DNA of 46,202 nt, from assembly GCA_008369845.1 (NCBI GenBank), contig MRSU01005048.1:1-46202 (forward strand), given 5' to 3'. How positions within the stretch are numbered: the first letter of the stretch is position 1; each line of letters opens with the position of its first letter. Positions 40,833-46,202 of this stretch are shown here, one piece after another. Source of the DNA: Trichomonas gallinae. Its lineage: Eukaryota. The notes below the pieces were generated by a model. The model was not told the origin of the DNA and searched no databases. It saw nothing but the letters and a program-made list of their open reading frames with translations. The position numbers and the translations under genes are program-made.

Positions 40833-41403
40833 TTATTGGTTTACTGAGTTTTGATAATTTCCGTTTGTATAGTCTGCTGTAATTCCATCAGTATTTTCCA
40901 AGAGAACTGAAACAGATGTTTGAGCCAAGCGAGTGATGCAATTGATTCTCTTCATTGGCTCATCATCTTCAATCATCTTCTGTATTGATTCGAATGGATT
41001 ATATTCAACTGTCGAGATTTGGTTGATAAGTTTAGCTTCTGGGGCAATTTGATTCAAATGATACATAGCAAGTTTGATTTGGCGTGAACCATGTTCTGCA
41101 GTTTGCTTGATCTGATTTTGTAATTTAACTAAACGTCGGACATCTGTGAGGATTGAATCCTGAAGGCCTGGAATTTGGTGTGAGAAGAATGTGTCAATGA
41201 GTTGAGAACGTGGTAAGTGGCTAGGTTGAATCAGCTGGCACTTCGCCTGATGTTGAAGATAATTGAGTAAAAAGTCGATTTCTCTCCGCGGCATTTAGTG
41301 TGTCAATGTTGATAGAGTTGAGATCGAACAATTCAGCCTGTGCCTGCTGTTGTTCTTCAACATCTTTCAGTGAAGAAGGCAATCTTGGATTTACAGTCAA
41401 CTT
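40833..41403 (-). pseudogene. Frameshifted coiled-coil gene (two overlapping frames, no ATG at the expected start)
   Basis: Frame A 41403-41221 (KLTVNPRLPSSLKDVEEQQQAQAELFDLNSINIDTLNAAER...ST*) overlaps frame B 41294-40833 in +1. An Inr-like TCATAA lies at 41419-41414. Confidence 0.55.
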
Positions 41404-42211
41404 TCACTTAAAATTATGACAATAAAGTTTATTTACATGTCAGATATTTTTCATCACACATTACTGCACGATATTATTGGAATCAGAGAAAAAAAATTGA
41501 AAAAATGAATACATACTGGCATAATGGATATGATTGCTATAATAGATTGGCACCTTAGAAAGAAATTTGAAAATCTTGAATAATGAATTTTTGCATTAGT
41601 CTAAAGCACATTTTCTTATCATATATGCATCTTATTATTCAATACATAGACTAAGTACATGAGCACACATTTAATAACATAAAGCACATCTCGATATGCC
41701 TTTAAGCATGAGATAATGTATTTGATGTATTCATTGCATAGATGTGCTTATAACATAATAACTAGACATCAGCAAAGTTATAATTAGTGACATACATATA
41801 GGATACAACTAATCATAGCTTTGATAGTCTCTGTATAAAGAATAGAACCTGGACCAAAAAGTGGCCTATTTTTATTTGGAAATTTCATTTTATTTTTTGA
41901 ATTTGGAAAATTTATTAGTCGAGAAATTATCATTTTGATAATAAATATGATATCTATATCATTATATAATTATATCACTACTTTATTTGAGGACAAATCT
42001 TTGATCATGAACTAAAACGTGACGTTGTAAAATAATAACAGATGCAATTTTTCTCCATGTTTTTGAATTAAGAATATGCGTCTAAAAATGCAGCGATTTA
42101 AAATAGCAAAAGACCAAACACGAATTCGAAATTTTTAGATTACAATTCAATTTCTGACCAATGAAATATTCAGCTTCTAGAGCATGTATAGACTATGAAT
42201 TCCAAATTTAA

Positions 42212-43669
42212 ATGTCAGTTTTTGCGATCAAAATGAATCAAAAATCAAAAATGTTACCAGAGATAAGAGAGCTTGAGCTTAAACTTTTCGCATACCTTAA
42301 CTATGTCATCTGCTTCATCACAGGCATTGTCCGCGACTTCATAGACAAGTGGACAGGCAAAGGACGCAAAGTTGTTCCAAAGGGATATGTACCTTTGTTC
42401 AATGACTTCGCTGACTTCTTCACACGCCGCTACTACCACAGAATCAACGACTGCTTCGCTAGAGTCGTCACTTCCAATGCTGGCGCTTTCATGGACGTCA
42501 AAGTTGCTAAGAAGAGTGATGAATTAGATCAAAAGATCTATTTCACAGGTGAAACACGCAGAATCATGAACCTCGGTTCCTACAACTACCTCGGCTTCGG
42601 TGATCCAGATGAGTACTGCACACCAGTTGTTAAGCAGATGCTCGACAAGTATGGTCCAGCAACATGCTCATCACGTGTCGAAGCTGGTACAACACAGATC
42701 CACAAGGAATTCGAAGAAACAATCGCTAAGTTCCTCGGAACAGAAGATGCAATTTCATTTGGTATGGGTTGGGCTACAAACGCTACAGTTATCCCAGCTT
42801 TCATGAAGAAGGGTGATTTAATCATCTCCGATGCCTTGAATCACAACTCAATTATTACCGGTGCCCGCGCTTCTGGTGCTACAGTCCGCGTTTTCAGACA
42901 CAACGATATGGCCAACCTCGAAGAACTCCTCCGCACAAACATTTCCCGTGGCCAGCCAAGAACACACAAACCATGGGGCAAGATTCTTGTCATTGTCGAA
43001 GGTATCTACTCAATGGAAGGCGAAACATGCAAGCTCAACGAAATTGTCGCCCTCAAGAACAAGTACAAATTCTACATCTGGCTTGATGAAGCACATTCAA
43101 TCGGTTGCATGGGTGACACAGGCCGTGGCTGCTGCGAGCACCTCGGTGTCAATCCAAAGGATGTCGACTTCCTCATGGGCACATTCACAAAGTCTTTCGG
43201 CGCTGCTGGTGGCTACATCGCTGGCACAAAGAAAATGATCAACTACTTAAGACTCAACTCATTCGCCAACATCTACGCTGATGCCATGCCAGTCCCAGTT
43301 GCCCAGCAGGCCATGTCCGTCATCAAGGTTCTCATGGAGAATGAAGAAGGCGCAAAGAGAATCAAGCAGCTTCACGAAAACTCAACATGGTTCAGGAATC
43401 AACTCAAGGAACGCAAGTTCAATGTCCTCGGCGAAGATGGATCACCAGTCGTTCCAATCGTTATTCCTCCATTCGCATACTTCACACACATCTCACGCAA
43501 GGCTTTCGAGATGAAGCTTGGTCTCGTCGTCGTTTCATTCCCAGCTGTTGATATTCTCCAGGGCCGTATCAGAGTTTGCATCAACTCAATTCATACTCGT
43601 GAAGAGCTTCAGCATGCCATAGATGTCCTCGAGGAGTGTGTCAAAGACATTCCTGCCAAGACAGAATAA
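42212..43669 (+). CDS. LCB2: Serine palmitoyltransferase subunit 2 (LCB2/SPTLC2), PLP-dependent (start may be ATG 42233 or 42251)
   Basis: FFTRRYYHRINDCFAR, NLGSYNYLGF, SDALNHNS, GQPRTHKPW.KILVIVEGIYSMEG, DEAHSIG, MGTFTKSFG (PLP lysine). Confidence 0.96.
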   Translation: MSVFAIKMNQKSKMLPEIRELELKLFAYLNYVICFITGIVRDFIDKWTGKGRKVVPKGYVPLFNDFADFFTRRYYHRINDCFARVVTSNAGAFMDVKVAKKSDELDQKIYFTGETRRIMNLGSYNYLGFGDPDEYCTPVVKQMLDKYGPATCSSRVEAGTTQIHKEFEETIAKFLGTEDAISFGMGWATNATVIPAFMKKGDLIISDALNHNSIITGARASGATVRVFRHNDMANLEELLRTNISRGQPRTHKPWGKILVIVEGIYSMEGETCKLNEIVALKNKYKFYIWLDEAHSIGCMGDTGRGCCEHLGVNPKDVDFLMGTFTKSFGAAGGYIAGTKKMINYLRLNSFANIYADAMPVPVAQQAMSVIKVLMENEEGAKRIKQLHENSTWFRNQLKERKFNVLGEDGSPVVPIVIPPFAYFTHISRKAFEMKLGLVVVSFPAVDILQGRIRVCINSIHTREELQHAIDVLEECVKDIPAKTE

Positions 43670-44971
43670 AAAAAAAATCAGCTGACTTTTTTTTACTCAA
43701 TTCAACAAGAATTTTAAATTCAAACTAATCAAATGATTGGCTATAATTTAGCTTATCTATGCCATACATACAATGAATATATCGCTTTAAATAGATTTGT
43801 TGCTGAATTCTGAATGCGATTTTGAAATGGAAATTAGAAACAAAAATGCTAAATCGCATCGATAGCATCTGTGATTTTAAGTCACTAAAACGCTTACTTA
43901 GGATAGTATTTTAATATCAGTTCAATAATTTATCGACAATAGATTAAAATAAAGTGATAATCTTAGAGAATAGCTAAAATATATTGTATTTCATTATTAA
44001 TAAACTTTAAAAATCATGTTTTTTGAGGGCAAATTTTGGAAATTATTGAAAAAATGAACATCAAAGGATTAAAATTTTTTCAGTTTTTTTATTCTCGGAA
44101 AATTGTTAATATTACTCTTTATATGATATAGAGCTTAATTTCAAATTTTGGGTCAAAAGTTCAGACAAAAAAATTTTTCCGAGTTTCTTATAAAACGATA
44201 AATTGACGACGGATATCGATTTGACAATAGATCATTTTACAACAAGTCATACCAGGAATAGCGTCGTATTCCAAAATTATTTGACCCAAAAATTAAAAGT
44301 TTACAGGGCTGTTTGAATAAAACATGTTTTCATGCACGTAACATTCTTATTTAATCATATCATGGGGTTAAAAAAGACAAGAATATAGTTCAGAAAAAAT
44401 AAAAAAGTGACCCGTATAATTTGACAAAAATTAAGAAATAAAACGTTTTTTTGAATAAAACATATGTAAAAAATGCTCCACTCATTCTATTGAACATTAT
44501 TTTATAAATTTTTTCTTCTCCATTGGAAGAAGTTTTCAATTTTGATTTTCCAATATTTTAACCATAAAACTAAATAGATCATTATTTAATAAAATTATTT
44601 CTCTCCTTTCAAAATTGATTTTTAGCCAAATTATGTTTAAAATGCATCGATACACTATATGCATAATATTTTCAAGTTTTGTGATAATTTATTGTCAATT
44701 GAAAAAAATAAACAATTATCATTTTCTATGTTAAATCAATGATCGTAGATTGAATTTTAATATTCTCTACTCATGTTTTATATATGTTTCCAAAAATAAC
44801 CAATCAATTCAAATAACGTATTCTCATATTTCATTTTTATGAAATATAGAGTAAAAATACACCAAAATTAATTCTGATGATATCTGATTTCACGCTTTCA
44901 AAAAATTCAATATTTCAGGCAATAACCGTCTCATTCTTTTTTATTTATTACTATTTTTTTTTCTTCTATTG

Positions 44972-45640
44972 ATGTCAAGTTCGTATGAAGCTTCATCATC
45001 CGATGATTCGTATGAATCATCGAATTACGTAACTTCATACAAGCACGGACAGCGTTTCACTAACGAAGAAGATAATTTATTGCGAGAATTAGCAAAAGAT
45101 AAAAGAAATATGTCGTGGAAAGAAATAGCAAGTCATTTGCCAGGAAGGACAGCTTGCCAATGCAGAGATAGATTCAATCAATATTTATTTAAAAAAGTTG
45201 TCAATGATCCATGGACTCCGGAGGAAGATAATATAATTGTGGAGAAATATCAAATGTATGGGCCCCATTGGGTCAAAATTTCTGAATTTCTTCCCGGAAG
45301 AAGTGGAAATAACGTCAAAAATCGTTGGCATTGCGCTCTTACTAAATATCATGGTATAAGCTATACAAACACAAAACAGCAAAGACGCCCAAGAAACTTA
45401 AAATGGAAATCTGAAACTGTTTCTACAAATGAAATCAAACCTGCTTCACTTCAATCAGTTAAGCTTGAGACGTCTTCAAATGATACAAAGACATCTAAGA
45501 AGGCCAATACTGAGTTCCGATCACCGAAAACTCAAGATGAAATCCATGATCTTTCGTTTATAGAGAACAATCAAGCATTGCTTGACACACTCTTCGGAAA
45601 AGTCGATGGCTTCGATGAATTTTCAGATCTCAAGTTTTAA
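44972..45640 (+). CDS. R2R3 Myb DNA-binding transcription factor
   Basis: RFTNEEDNLL...WKEIASHLPGRTACQCRDRFNQYL and PWTPEEDNII...GPHWVKISEFLPGRSGNNVKNRW. First ATG at 44972, Inr TCATTC at 44931. Confidence 0.95.
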   Translation: MSSSYEASSSDDSYESSNYVTSYKHGQRFTNEEDNLLRELAKDKRNMSWKEIASHLPGRTACQCRDRFNQYLFKKVVNDPWTPEEDNIIVEKYQMYGPHWVKISEFLPGRSGNNVKNRWHCALTKYHGISYTNTKQQRRPRNLKWKSETVSTNEIKPASLQSVKLETSSNDTKTSKKANTEFRSPKTQDEIHDLSFIENNQALLDTLFGKVDGFDEFSDLKF

Positions 45641-46202
45641 CTTGTTTGATATTCTTTATTTTGTTTATTATTATTATTTTTTATGCAAAAATAATCATAT
45701 CATTGCGTGTTATTCACGCATTGTATATACTATCTCGTAAAGATCATATGGCTGGACAAACGATTTTGATTTCATATTTTTCATTTTAGTAGAAAGAACT
45801 ACTTCAAACCTTAAATTATAACCAAAACAGAAATAACATTAAAACTATATATCATATTCTATCATAAATGCATTTCTTCAATACTTCATATTGCATTTTT
45901 ATAATAATACATCATTTCTATTGTATAATGTTGCATTTCAACCCTGTTATAGATAGATAATAGCTCGTTTACATAATGCTTACCTTCAAGAAATTAAATT
46001 CTTTTTTCAAAGACATTTACTTAAAGCATTTTGTTATATGAAAACTCCTTAAAATTACATAATTAAACAATGACCAAAATATCAGATATTGTTTCCCTTT
46101 ATGAAAATCTATTCGCAATTCCATAAGTAGTATATGTATGGGGGTTATTTGCCAAAATTTGCAAATGCCTCTATGACCTCATTTTTGAAGGATTTAAGTC
46201 AA

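Noticed and set aside
43668..43694. A-run/TCAGCTGA/T-run palindrome resembling a bacterial intrinsic terminator after LCB2
   Set aside because: Eukaryotic context, mostly homopolymer pairing, and overlaps the normal TAAA poly(A) signal and U-rich tract.
46121..46202. GGGGTTATTTGCC patch at the window end, possible TE terminus
   Set aside because: Truncated by the window edge, so no partner TIR or TSD can be assessed.

Overview
AT-rich eukaryotic genomic DNA with compact, apparently intronless genes. Inr (TCAYT-like), M5 (CCTTT), M2 (AAAGTGAC) and TATCGTC (MRE-2-like) promoter motifs and stop-coupled TAAA poly(A) signals point to Trichomonas vaginalis or a close trichomonad (inference). About 19 genes are present: 5' part of RPS27 (missed by the ORF track), two degenerate PH-RasGAP-like paralogues, a HEAT protein, a TPR-ARM protein, an Ig/cadherin-like surface protein, a divergent calreticulin, GINS Psf2, a TBC Rab-GAP, a BAR-like protein, WDR33/Pfs2, a large acidic low-complexity protein, a neurofibromin-like RasGAP, a divergent alpha-adaptin, eIF6, a small LLPH-like protein, serine palmitoyltransferase LCB2 and an R2R3 Myb. 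There are also two ATG-less or frameshifted genes, ankyrin pseudogene debris and a TTAA-flanked Kolobok-like MITE. The most notable unexplained signals are non-coding: a recurrent TGNCAYGTAAA motif upstream of most genes, a 30-bp element shared by two promoters, and two GC-enriched intergenic islands that fold into extensive structures (33605-33673 and 20061-20249). I see no multi-gene system, CRISPR array, tRNA or rRNA.
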